Virus record (IMG/VR): IMGVR_UViG_3300020385_000008
Location: 1-64,000 of that record
Strand: one strand, 5' to 3'
Source of the DNA: a virus
Length of the DNA: 64,000 bases
Within the stretch, counting starts at the first letter, position 1. Every line of letters begins with the position of its first letter. Shown here piece after piece: positions 1 through 8,770 of the stretch. Under the pieces are notes generated by a model. That model was not told where the DNA came from. It worked only from the letters and a program-made list of their open reading frames with translations, and did no database searches. Made by a program: the position numbers and the translations under genes.

Positions 1-68
1 AAAAAAAGAAACCTTTGCTACGACGCGCCAGTCGGCATATTTAATGTGCCACCGACAGGCACAAAGAA
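1..68 (-). ncRNA. Candidate structured RNA or terminator-like element
   Basis: Minus strand CTTTGT-GCC-TGTCGG...CCGAC-TGGC...GCAAAG forms nested stems followed by a T-tract; truncated by the window edge. Confidence 0.35.
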
Positions 69-293
69 CTATGAAGTTATGACTTGAATTAGTTTAGTAA
101 CATCCATAGAACCAAAGACCAACTCTAAAGCAACTACATCCCATAAGCATAAACCTATAGCAAAGGGAAGAATAAGAGCACCCCCAATAATTTTGATAAT
201 TAATGCAGGTTCTGTACTTCCCCAGAGTAGTGTGAAGTGTCCTATTACCAGTAATGTATTTCCAATGTAGCGTAAAAAAGATGTGGCTTTCAT
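69..293 (-). CDS. Hypothetical membrane protein
   Basis: Hydrophobic ORF; start MKATSF chosen. Confidence 0.6.
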   Translation of the reverse strand: MKATSFLRYIGNTLLVIGHFTLLWGSTEPALIIKIIGGALILPFAIGLCLWDVVALELVFGSMDVTKLIQVITS

Positions 294-336
294 TGTAGAT
301 ACCATAAAGGGATTCGGTTAGGTCTCTTTTATAGTC

Positions 337-585
337 TTACCGAGACTCATTATATGGACTAACTACCACATCCCTAACATATGCGGGATCTCCGCATAAC
401 CATTTTGCATACTCTATATCTTCCATCGCAATACCACACTGCATTTGGTTGTCAAAGAGATACTGATCATTCCAACGCTTCGTATAAAAATCTTGTTTTT
501 GAAGACGGTAGTCTGGCATACCGTTTAGTTCGATAATACCAGCTTCAACAAACCTGTAACCTTCACGTACTAGTAATGTTTTCAT
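337..585 (-). CDS. Hypothetical phage protein
   Basis: Start MKTLLVREG overlaps the upstream stop. Confidence 0.6.
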   Translation of the reverse strand: MKTLLVREGYRFVEAGIIELNGMPDYRLQKQDFYTKRWNDQYLFDNQMQCGIAMEDIEYAKWLCGDPAYVRDVVVSPYNESR

Positions 586-800
586 TAGATAGCACCTGCG
601 GTTAAATCTTCTTGAATGCATTCTAAAATAATTTGATAGTCTTCAACGGAGTCACCTGTAAAGCGAACTCCTTCATCTTCATAAAAGCGTTTTACTTTCT
701 TATATAGCTTTGGTTGAGAGTAGTCTAACTCAATGGTTCGACTAACAGCGTCTTGGAAAATTCCGATGGACTTACGGAATTTTGATCTGAGTTGGCTCAT
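585..800 (-). CDS. Hypothetical phage protein
   Basis: ORF preceded by a TGCTATAAT promoter box at ~823-831. Confidence 0.65.
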   Translation of the reverse strand: MSQLRSKFRKSIGIFQDAVSRTIELDYSQPKLYKKVKRFYEDEGVRFTGDSVEDYQIILECIQEDLTAGAI

Positions 801-876
801 ATCCTTGGTTGATTACCTAATTATTATAGCAGGTTGATGGGGATTTGTGAAGGGGGTGTGCCAGTTTATGATGTGA

Positions 877-1317
877 CTATAAACCAATTCCCTCAAATAA
901 TTCTGTATTACCTTCATTCATTTCGGTAGGATTTCTTAGCACACATTGAACACTCCAATAGCCATCATATACAAGGGGGAAGTATACAAACTTTTCAGTC
1001 CATAGCCTGAAAGCTACACCATTATATGGATACTCCTCAGTTATATTCTTTAAACTAACAAACTCTTCAAGGAACTTAAATGTATTAATAATACGTTTAC
1101 GGGAGTCATAAACATTAGACCCCTTAGTTTCTTCTATTGTTATTTCCCTTGTTTCATCTTTAAAACTATTTTTAAGTACAACCTCCCACATATAAGTCTG
1201 TTTTCCCCATTTTGATTCAAGACATTCCATTGGGACACTACAATATACTACATCATCCCAAGTATCTCCATTAGATTCAAACTGAGATTCAATAAACTGT
1301 TTCCAGGTATTAGACAT
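877..1317 (-). CDS. Hypothetical protein
   Basis: 146-aa ORF behind a stem-loop/promoter cassette (1336-1389). Confidence 0.6.
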   Translation of the reverse strand: MSNTWKQFIESQFESNGDTWDDVVYCSVPMECLESKWGKQTYMWEVVLKNSFKDETREITIEETKGSNVYDSRKRIINTFKFLEEFVSLKNITEEYPYNGVAFRLWTEKFVYFPLVYDGYWSVQCVLRNPTEMNEGNTELFEGIGL

Positions 1318-1431
1318 TGTGAAGTGTTAACTATACTATTATAGTATACAATAAAAAACCACCCCTCTCATGGAGTGGTGGACAGTTTATGAAGCGATTA
1401 CAGTGAGCTAATCGCTTCACATAATTAAGAC

Positions 1432-1755
1432 TTAATTAAGCGGGTCATCAAAGTGTGGGTCTTCACCATACTCTTCTTTGAAACGTGCTCTCTGGTCTTC
1501 CATACGGTCGCGCTTCGCATCAAAACCAACTTTAAGGTCTCCCTCACGGACTGCCCAAGTATCACCACTCTCATCTCCACGTAGTGGGTTGATACACTGG
1601 GAGTCACCTAGTTTATTACAGACAAGACCGGCAAGGTCTGCTTCACTTCCTTTGTTGCCAGTATGCCAAATATGCTGACCGTTGATCCAGGTAGCACCGC
1701 ATTTGCCGCACTCCTTACGTTCCATCTTCAGGTCGCTAAATTCACGTTCTTCCAT
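1432..1755 (-). CDS. Cys-rich hypothetical protein (CxxC plus two further Cys)
   Basis: ORF track; CGKC, LVCN, QCIN motifs. Confidence 0.7.
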   Translation of the reverse strand: MEEREFSDLKMERKECGKCGATWINGQHIWHTGNKGSEADLAGLVCNKLGDSQCINPLRGDESGDTWAVREGDLKVGFDAKRDRMEDQRARFKEEYGEDPHFDDPLN

Positions 1756-1779
1756 TTAATTAGTAATAATTGTGTAGGT

Positions 1780-1821
1780 AGTATATAGTCTACCATAAAA
1801 AATGTATGTATCTATTCTTAC
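1780..1821 (-). promoter_or_regulatory. NtcA-type promoter (GTA-N8-TAC-N22-TATACT)
   Basis: Minus strand GTA agaataga TAC (1821-1808), 22 nt, TATACT (1785-1780). Confidence 0.5.
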
Positions 1822-1955
1822 TCTTTATATCTTAACTCAACACGATATGATTTCTCAAGGTGTTGAATTCTGCCACGAAGTGTAATAGTTTCAGCTCCAT
1901 CATAATTATCTGGGATAGTCTCCCACTCTTCAGTTTCTAATTCCCAATAACTCAT
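1818..1955 (-). CDS. Small hypothetical protein (45 aa, MSYWELETEEW...)
   Basis: Translated by hand; ATG overlaps the def stop. Confidence 0.5.
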   Translation of the reverse strand: MSYWELETEEWETIPDNYDGAETITLRGRIQHLEKSYRVELRYKE

Positions 1956-2389
1956 AATCTTTCAGTCATTAAAATACCATCAAGATGATCATACTCATGA
2001 AGTAAAACACGCGCATCCATTTTGTTGAGACACCAATATTTAAATTTACCATCACTTGTTTGAAATTTCACTCGCACTTGTTCAGGTCTATTGATCCTCA
2101 TAATTTTTTTAGGAATACTTAAACATCCCTCATCACTCCACTTTCTTTCATCAGAAGTCCAGCTAATTCTAGGATTTATCATCTCTTGAATTTTACCAGT
2201 ACTTAAGCGGACTATGATAAGACGGATGTTGTGACCTACTTGTGGTGCTGCTAATCCAATACCACCCCACTCAACCATCTTCACTTTCATTCTTTCAGAA
2301 AGGTCAATGATGTCTTTGGTTATATCTTTAATTGGGATTGATTGTTCAGTAAGGCAAGATTCACCTACAATTTTAAGATCCAAACCCAT
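1952..2389 (-). CDS. def: Peptide deformylase
   Basis: GIGLAAPQ, EGCLS and HEYDH motifs. Confidence 0.95.
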   Translation of the reverse strand: MGLDLKIVGESCLTEQSIPIKDITKDIIDLSERMKVKMVEWGGIGLAAPQVGHNIRLIIVRLSTGKIQEMINPRISWTSDERKWSDEGCLSIPKKIMRINRPEQVRVKFQTSDGKFKYWCLNKMDARVLLHEYDHLDGILMTERL

Positions 2390-2534
2390 TCCTTTCTTCT
2401 CGTAAAAATTCTTGTTTTGATTCTGTTAGTGAGCGAAGTTGTGTTTTCATAAAACGAATCTCTTCCTCACTATAAAGCTGTGGCTTAGAGATTGCTTCTT
2501 TAAGATTTCTTAAGATTTGATCGTAACGTGACAT
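2373..2534 (-). CDS. Small hypothetical protein (53 aa, MSRYDQIL...GFGS)
   Basis: Translated by hand; fills the gap between ORFs. Confidence 0.55.
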   Translation of the reverse strand: MSRYDQILRNLKEAISKPQLYSEEEIRFMKTQLRSLTESKQEFLREERNGFGS

Positions 2535-2546
2535 AATAATTAATCG

Positions 2547-2924
2547 CTATTTTTTATTCCAGGGTGATCTTAGTCTCATTTCTCCACCCAAAGGAGTTTT
2601 TCCTTCAGGTGTTTCTGTGAATACTGGAGGTTGAGGCTCATCTAATTCTACCATACTATTGTATTCATCAATAGCCTTATCAATCTCCCTGTTAATTCTT
2701 CCTGACAAAAGTTCTGGAACAGACAGGATTAAAGTATTGATAAGTTTAATTTTATACTTCTTTCCTATCTCATCAATAATAGCCCAGAGATTTTTCTTAT
2801 CAGCTTTAGTGTAATGAGACAATAAATTAACTGCCAGACTCAAAAAGATGGCAGTTACGTATAGATTAAATGTTTTTACTGGACGGACGCCAAAGTAAAA
2901 TTCAACCGCATACTCAGTTTTCAT
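2547..2924 (-). CDS. Hypothetical protein
   Basis: ORF track. Confidence 0.6.
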   Translation of the reverse strand: MKTEYAVEFYFGVRPVKTFNLYVTAIFLSLAVNLLSHYTKADKKNLWAIIDEIGKKYKIKLINTLILSVPELLSGRINREIDKAIDEYNSMVELDEPQPPVFTETPEGKTPLGGEMRLRSPWNKK

Positions 2925-2947
2925 AAAAAAATATAATTTTTTATTAT

Positions 2948-3562
2948 TTATGAGATCGGCACCTCAATGCTAGTAAGTCTAGCAGCATATTGTAGAGCGT
3001 AATTAGTACGATTACCATGTATACCCCAGCCAAGCCAGTAATATGCCTTTCCCATATAGAAGCCAATGCTTTGACCCCCGGTTTTAAAGGAGGGCTCGAC
3101 CCCTCTCCACTGTCTTTCAGTAAAGAGGAATGAAACTTGAGCTTCAGTTGTTGATGGGTCAAGCCCAATTCGGGCGGCGTGTCTTCCAAGACCATGGTAT
3201 CTATCTGAACTTGTCCATTGAATGAGCCCATAGCCACCACTGCGGCAGCCGTGATAAGACACCCTAGCACCCCCTTCGCAAATGTTCGCATTAAATTTCG
3301 ACTCTTGTTTAATGTTACCCATAACTGTAGCTATGGCATTTCGATCTTCAATTCCACGTTCTTGTAATGCGGTAAGAACTTTTTTTTCTGTGAAAGAAGC
3401 TGTGGGTAATGCCCACTGTGTTTCCATCTTAACGACAGGTTTTTCTGGAACAGATGGCTTTTCTTGATCAATTTTTACAGTAGTATCAATTGGTATTGCT
3501 TGAGACAATTGAGAAGTTAACAAAGTCATTGCTGTTACAGCAAAAGATGTAATAAGTTTCAA
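2948..3562 (-). CDS. Phage tail lysozyme-like (Phage_lysozyme2) hydrolase with signal peptide
   Basis: GNIKQES and GGYGLIQWT motifs; hydrophobic N-terminus; TTG start. Confidence 0.8.
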   Translation of the reverse strand: MKLITSFAVTAMTLLTSQLSQAIPIDTTVKIDQEKPSVPEKPVVKMETQWALPTASFTEKKVLTALQERGIEDRNAIATVMGNIKQESKFNANICEGGARVSYHGCRSGGYGLIQWTSSDRYHGLGRHAARIGLDPSTTEAQVSFLFTERQWRGVEPSFKTGGQSIGFYMGKAYYWLGWGIHGNRTNYALQYAARLTSIEVPIS

Positions 3563-3762
3563 ATTAGTTAATAGAATTCAACATAGGTTTGAGGCGATAT
3601 CGCCTCTACCTCACACATACTCAAAAATTAAGAGCACATAAATAGTAGCATAGACAAAAACTAAAGTCAATACTGTACCACTCACATAAGTGTCTACTAT
3701 GTTAGTTTCCTATAAAGATATAAAAAACTTAGACGATTGTATAAGGTATTTAGAAAACAAAA

Positions 3763-4212
3763 TTAAGTCCTATCAAACTCATAAAAGTTGTCCCCTTCAA
3801 GACCCCAAATTTGTTTCCCAGATTTTAAATCAAAGCCCTGATCTTTGACGTGGTAATAGTTTTCACCTAGATAAGCTTCGTTGATATAGCGCATACCACG
3901 GTGAATAAAATTAGATTTAGTCACAAAACACCCATTTTGGACAAAGAATTCAATGTCATGAATAGGATTTTTTAGTACTACACGACCATCGTTATCGTGA
4001 ATAGTTGCTTCAAAATATCTGTATGGATTTCGTTGTCTCCTATACCTGTAAGAACAGAGATATCTATCAACATCAAATTCATGAATAACATGAACATATG
4101 CCTGCCCTTGTGGATTGCTGTAAGCTTGGCGTTCGTTGTTCCAGAAGCCCTGGAACCTTTCCATAAAATAAGGTAATAACATACTAAGAATTCCAAAGAT
4201 CACCTTCAGCAA
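3763..4212 (-). CDS. cpeT: CpeT/CpcT-like phycobiliprotein lyase
   Basis: G.WNNERQA.SNP, PYR and DQGFD...QIWG motifs. Confidence 0.75.
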   Translation of the reverse strand: MLKVIFGILSMLLPYFMERFQGFWNNERQAYSNPQGQAYVHVIHEFDVDRYLCSYRYRRQRNPYRYFEATIHDNDGRVVLKNPIHDIEFFVQNGCFVTKSNFIHRGMRYINEAYLGENYYHVKDQGFDLKSGKQIWGLEGDNFYEFDRT

Positions 4213-5401
4213 TGCGTCGGCGGGATAGTCCTGCCTCTACGCTAGTGCCTGGGTTACGGTATAAGTATAGCGCATCGGGGACTTTATTCCACTCTTTCTC
4301 CCTTAAAACACGAGAGATTGTGCTGAAATCGGGACTTCCATAGAAGCTTGCCCCCAGATTGTATGCGAAACTAAGCAGGGCACCGTGCTGATTGTCGTTC
4401 ATCTCATCCCAGAATGGGATTGTTTTTTCTAATGTCGCAAGATAATTGTACTTTAGTTGTTGATTCAATAATATCTCTGCCTTCTCGCGAGTGATCTTAT
4501 CACCCAACTCAAAAGGAGACCCATCAATATCCTTGGTAGATCCATAACCTATGGTGTATGGTAGACCACCTGATAGAGGATCTGGGTAGGCGTGGATCAT
4601 TCCATCCCCAGCTAGTTGATGTAATCCCTCAAACTCTTTAATAAGCTCCACGCCAGCCTGTGGGAGCTTACCTAGCCCACTCTGTTTCTTCTCTACAGAA
4701 GCATAAAAGATACGACCCCAACCAGTGCGAGGACCATCAACAGTCCACCTAGCCTCTAGTACGTGCCTCTCATAGATAGCAGAGCGTCCGTTGTATACAG
4801 AACTAGTGTAGCCATCGTAAAGGTCTCCATAGGGGTCGTGAACGATATACTGACCCTTTGCGTTCTTTCCTATGAGAACGATCATATGACCGCCTGTGGG
4901 TGCTGATAGGGTGCCTCTATGAAGAATGCCTAGCACAACAGGTCTTTTTTCTTCTAACTCCTTATCTAGATCATCAAAGGATAGATTATATTTGAATTCA
5001 GAATCAACCCCATAGTCTTTTAATACTTTGGTTTGTACTGAGTGATCTGTTGTATCTCCAACAGCAAATACCTTACGGATATAATCATCATCACCTTTAG
5101 GACCCAGTAGAGTACCTGGGCGAAAATACTCCAGAGTCATAGCACAGCAAGATGAGTTACACGTTCTATCTGGTTCAGTGTAGTTATCTGTCTGTGGATA
5201 ATAAGGAACAGGTAGAAGTAAGTCAGCAGGCTCTGGTTTTGGCTCTGGCTTATTGCGATATGTTTCTACCCATTCAGCATAATCTTCAAGTAGTTCTGGT
5301 GCTACCTTTTCCAAAGCAGCTTCCAGTTCAGTAACAGCTTCTCTATGGTGAGAAAGCTTATCGTCATAATACTTAAAGAAATTTGCTAGTTCTATTTTCA
5401 T
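4184..5401 (-). CDS. Modular endolysin: C39-like peptidase plus GH24 lysozyme
   Basis: YYPQ..CNSSCCAM..GHMIV..HDP followed by LIKEFEG..YPDP..TIGYG. Confidence 0.85.
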   Translation of the reverse strand: MKIELANFFKYYDDKLSHHREAVTELEAALEKVAPELLEDYAEWVETYRNKPEPKPEPADLLLPVPYYPQTDNYTEPDRTCNSSCCAMTLEYFRPGTLLGPKGDDDYIRKVFAVGDTTDHSVQTKVLKDYGVDSEFKYNLSFDDLDKELEEKRPVVLGILHRGTLSAPTGGHMIVLIGKNAKGQYIVHDPYGDLYDGYTSSVYNGRSAIYERHVLEARWTVDGPRTGWGRIFYASVEKKQSGLGKLPQAGVELIKEFEGLHQLAGDGMIHAYPDPLSGGLPYTIGYGSTKDIDGSPFELGDKITREKAEILLNQQLKYNYLATLEKTIPFWDEMNDNQHGALLSFAYNLGASFYGSPDFSTISRVLREKEWNKVPDALYLYRNPGTSVEAGLSRRRIAEGDLWNS

Positions 5402-5422
5402 AATATATCCGAGACGGTTTAT

Positions 5423-6490
5423 TTATACTGCCCACGTGACGATAGCATATCTAATACCACTTGTTATCTCCTCAATTTTATGAGGGAACATATAATTAGC
5501 TGGAAATATACAAATATCACCAACATTCAAATTAGTAATGTACTTATCATAACAGTGACGCAAGGCTCCACCTTCATAGTCTTCATTCAATTGAATGATA
5601 AGAGTAATTTCTCTATTATACTCTGAGTACTGATCGGTATGGTAGTCATATTTTCCTCCAGGAGTATACCTTAGACAATTATATCCTGCATCCATAGAGA
5701 CCTTAAAATCATTAAACTCTCTACAAAAATCACGCAGCGCTTTACTAACATACATATTGATTGTCGAGTCAATAGAATCATCGGGAGTTAAATGTAAATC
5801 ATCACATAATCTACCTATATCTGTACAAGTTTTACCAGAAGAAACTTCAGCCCTTTTCCATCTGCTTGAGTATTCATCACTAGTTATAACATCCACAATT
5901 TCTCCACAAACTTTACGTGGAACCATACTCCTATAAACTTTAATATAGTCACTCAAATTACCAGTTTTGTTTTGAAATTGACTTTCACATTCTCCACCTA
6001 GGAAAACATAATGGTGAAATGTTTGAATATACTCCTCCCCACAGTACTCCTCTCTCCAATGAACGGCATTGGGTCCGTCATATATAACTGCGTCACCTGG
6101 CTCTAGATCAATTGATACCTCTTTCCCATCTTTATTTTCGATATAAAATTTAGATTCAGCATCTCCATCTAGGTGGATGCTTACAGATACTTCACACGCA
6201 TCTTTATCAGTATGTTTCTCTAAATTAGATTTATTTTTATAAATTCTACTATAAGTATATGTTGGTAATAATTTTGGACCACCAATACAATCATTTAAGA
6301 ACGCAACTTTTTCGGAAGCAATGGCAGAAATTTCAGTAAAATTATAGTATCCACGTCTATTAGGTTGAGCTTCATCAACCCCCTCCTTACTATTCCTCAT
6401 AGAATTAGCTAGCTGAAGTGCTGTTTCACGTGACAAGTATCCTCTAACAACTTTATAAGTGTCACCGATAACTTCTTGTAATTTTGACAT
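5423..6490 (-). CDS. Tandem two-domain 2OG-Fe(II) oxygenase
   Basis: Two HxD...H sets (HTD..HWRE and HTD..HKI..RY). Confidence 0.8.
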   Translation of the reverse strand: MSKLQEVIGDTYKVVRGYLSRETALQLANSMRNSKEGVDEAQPNRRGYYNFTEISAIASEKVAFLNDCIGGPKLLPTYTYSRIYKNKSNLEKHTDKDACEVSVSIHLDGDAESKFYIENKDGKEVSIDLEPGDAVIYDGPNAVHWREEYCGEEYIQTFHHYVFLGGECESQFQNKTGNLSDYIKVYRSMVPRKVCGEIVDVITSDEYSSRWKRAEVSSGKTCTDIGRLCDDLHLTPDDSIDSTINMYVSKALRDFCREFNDFKVSMDAGYNCLRYTPGGKYDYHTDQYSEYNREITLIIQLNEDYEGGALRHCYDKYITNLNVGDICIFPANYMFPHKIEEITSGIRYAIVTWAV

Positions 6491-6918
6491 TAATCTTCCC
6501 AGTAGTGCTTTTTAAAATAGCGTCCAAGTATATTATCATTATAGTACATTGGGCTTCCATTGTCCATCTTTTCTCGTAAGACATTGTACTTGAAGAGTGC
6601 TTCTGTCTCCGCATAGTTTGTCTTACCAACGGTCTTATGTAAAGACAATATTTTTCTGTTGAAGTTCTCTTTACCAAACTCCTTCGCATCAGCTTTTAAC
6701 TGGTCGTTAGAACCATAATATTTCTTCCAATCACTTTCAGAAGTTACTCTACGCTTACCACCTTTAGGCTTTCGCTTCTGAACAAAATACTTTCTACCCA
6801 CATACTTTCTACCAGTGAGCTTATTCTCAATAAGGTATAAGAACCCATAATAATCTTTTATCTTTTTAGAAGTAAAAGGTTTCCCTCTATACATCCAGGG
6901 GTTCTCGTAATCTACCAT
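6490..6918 (-). CDS. GIY-YIG family nuclease-like protein
   Basis: YGFLYLIEN...KYVGRK. Confidence 0.75.
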   Translation of the reverse strand: MVDYENPWMYRGKPFTSKKIKDYYGFLYLIENKLTGRKYVGRKYFVQKRKPKGGKRRVTSESDWKKYYGSNDQLKADAKEFGKENFNRKILSLHKTVGKTNYAETEALFKYNVLREKMDNGSPMYYNDNILGRYFKKHYWED

Positions 6919-6945
6919 TAAAGATGTTTATTGCTACTTTATATA

Positions 6946-7083
6946 TTACCCTTCCGAAACCTCTTCCCAATGATTCGGTTGATGACCACAGGCAGCCAAT
7001 TGCACCTGGTAATATACCTTTACTTCTTCCCAAGTATTAAGAACAATACTCTTCAATGGAGAATGCCATACTTTATAAGCCAT
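6946..7083 (-). CDS. Small hypothetical protein (45 aa, MAYKVWHS...)
   Basis: Translated by hand. Confidence 0.45.
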   Translation of the reverse strand: MAYKVWHSPLKSIVLNTWEEVKVYYQVQLAACGHQPNHWEEVSEG

Positions 7084-7124
7084 ATTATTGAGAGCAATTA
7101 TCAATTATTTAGTACTTAGAGTGT

Positions 7125-7454
7125 CTATGAGAGATCAGATATAGCAAATCCTACCTGAGTTGTAAACGTATCACCCAAATCGTTTACAGCTTCATATTGA
7201 TAGTTAAAAATACTGTCTAATTTTTGTACTGCTAGACTGAGAAGACCTGCAGAAGTGAATCCCGTAGGTGCTGTACTGGGAGTTACAGAAACTGATGTCT
7301 CTACTATTGATGTAAAAGCAGCACTAGATGTGGTGTATCCAGCAGCAGGGAAAACATATTCTACTTCAAGATCCCATTGGACTGTAAAACCTGTGGTGTT
7401 AGATGTTGTTGGAGTTATACTCAATAAAGTCTTATCGCTATTATTAGCGTACAT
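7125..7454 (-). CDS. Thr/Ser-rich hypothetical protein
   Basis: ORF track. Confidence 0.6.
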   Translation of the reverse strand: MYANNSDKTLLSITPTTSNTTGFTVQWDLEVEYVFPAAGYTTSSAAFTSIVETSVSVTPSTAPTGFTSAGLLSLAVQKLDSIFNYQYEAVNDLGDTFTTQVGFAISDLS

Positions 7455-7482
7455 TTCTATATTTCTTAGGTACTTTATATAG

Positions 7483-7546
7483 GTACTTAAAGTAACTTAT
7501 CACCCTTGACAAGGCTGATTCTACACAAAAAAAGACCCCCTGTCAA
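7483..7546 (-). repeat. Copy A of 64-bp sigma70 promoter plus conserved leader
   Basis: TTGACA-17-TAGAAT-CAGCCTTGTCAAGGGTGATAAGTTACTTTAAGTAC; matches 53376-53439. Confidence 0.8.
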
Positions 7547-7561
7547 GTAGGAGGTCTTAAT

Positions 7562-7696
7562 TCACTTATTCAATCTGTTCCACTCAGCTTCTGTTTTACA
7601 GTAGCCAGAGTGCTGTATCGTATGTAATGTTTGGATAAGAGTGATGGGGAGTATAAGGACTCCAACCATTATCCAAAGTTCAAAGGGAAGTTTCAT
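7562..7696 (-). CDS. Small membrane protein (44 aa, MKLPFELWIM...)
   Basis: Translated by hand; overlaps the upstream stop. Confidence 0.5.
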   Translation of the reverse strand: MKLPFELWIMVGVLILPITLIQTLHTIQHSGYCKTEAEWNRLNK

Positions 7697-8136
7697 TCAG
7701 TAGCTTCGGTGTCAGATAGTAAGTAGTCAGCAATAGTATCCAAGTCAGCTGCCGCAATAGACATCTTGGCTTGAACCCATGCTGGTAACTGTAGCATCTT
7801 GTCGCCACCAATGTAAGTTTTTATGCGCAAACAAGCATTCTCTGCGGTGGCTATCTGGCGCAGTACCATATATCCTTCTGGATCAGCCTCTAATCCCTGT
7901 GCGATGGCTTTAGCTGCCTCTGAGAGGGGCTGAGTGCCCTCTAAGGCATCTAGAATACCAGAGGCGGACTCTACTGTCATTCCTCTGAGGATTAGGTCAA
8001 TCTCACCGATTGTAGATGCGTGACCTGAACCAAGTAAGTGCTCTGCGATGTCAACATAAATGTCCGCAGATTCGTCATTTTGTTCAGCAATAACTGAACC
8101 TTGTAGTGCCAATTCAATAAGTTCTTCCCTAGACAT
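7693..8136 (-). CDS. Hypothetical, probably late/virion protein
   Basis: Start MSREEL; TAAATA late box at ~8162-8167. Confidence 0.6.
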   Translation of the reverse strand: MSREELIELALQGSVIAEQNDESADIYVDIAEHLLGSGHASTIGEIDLILRGMTVESASGILDALEGTQPLSEAAKAIAQGLEADPEGYMVLRQIATAENACLRIKTYIGGDKMLQLPAWVQAKMSIAAADLDTIADYLLSDTEATE

Positions 8137-8188
8137 TATTTTAAGTAATACTTCATAAAAGTATTTAGACAATAAAAAAGCTCCCCTA

Positions 8189-8770
8189 TTAAGGGAGCTC
8201 GTACATAGTGAACGCAATAGTCTTTCTATACGCTTTAGCTAAAGAATTTGGGGCTGACCCTCGATGGTCTCTATGTGCTGCGCATAAACACCCACAGTTA
8301 GGTATAAATGGAACATAGTAATATTCACCTTCTGTGGTATATACAAATTCCCCTCCCCATAGTGAATCCCAGTTGGTATTAAGAAAAATGACAAACGTCC
8401 AACACCCCTCAATTCCATCTTGATGAAAGGTATTTTCCATACCAGGATATTGTATATTTGTATTGATACGAACTAGAGATAATTTTCTTTTTAATATTTT
8501 TTCTGACATTAATTTTATATTACTGCCAACACGAATAAATGCTAGGTTATCTCCTAGCAAATCATCTTTATATGTAATATTAATATTTTTATAGTGATAT
8601 GGTTTTGATATCGCTAGTCTTGGTAATATATCAGATGAATCAATTGAATTATTTTTAACAAATAAATTATTGTAGCTGAAATTAAATTCATCATTTATAA
8701 GAGTAAAATCAGATATTGATAGCACATCCTCAATTTTATATAAGGACGTGCTTATTTCTTTACACTTCAT
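8189..8770 (-). CDS. 2OG-Fe(II) oxygenase-like protein
   Basis: FHQD...WGGE...HRG...R. Confidence 0.7.
   Translation of the reverse strand: MKCKEISTSLYKIEDVLSISDFTLINDEFNFSYNNLFVKNNSIDSSDILPRLAISKPYHYKNINITYKDDLLGDNLAFIRVGSNIKLMSEKILKRKLSLVRINTNIQYPGMENTFHQDGIEGCWTFVIFLNTNWDSLWGGEFVYTTEGEYYYVPFIPNCGCLCAAHRDHRGSAPNSLAKAYRKTIAFTMYELP

Noticed and set aside
6490-6918. Mobile homing endonuclease
   Set aside because: Only the GIY-YIG-like module is present, with no DNA-binding tail or intron context
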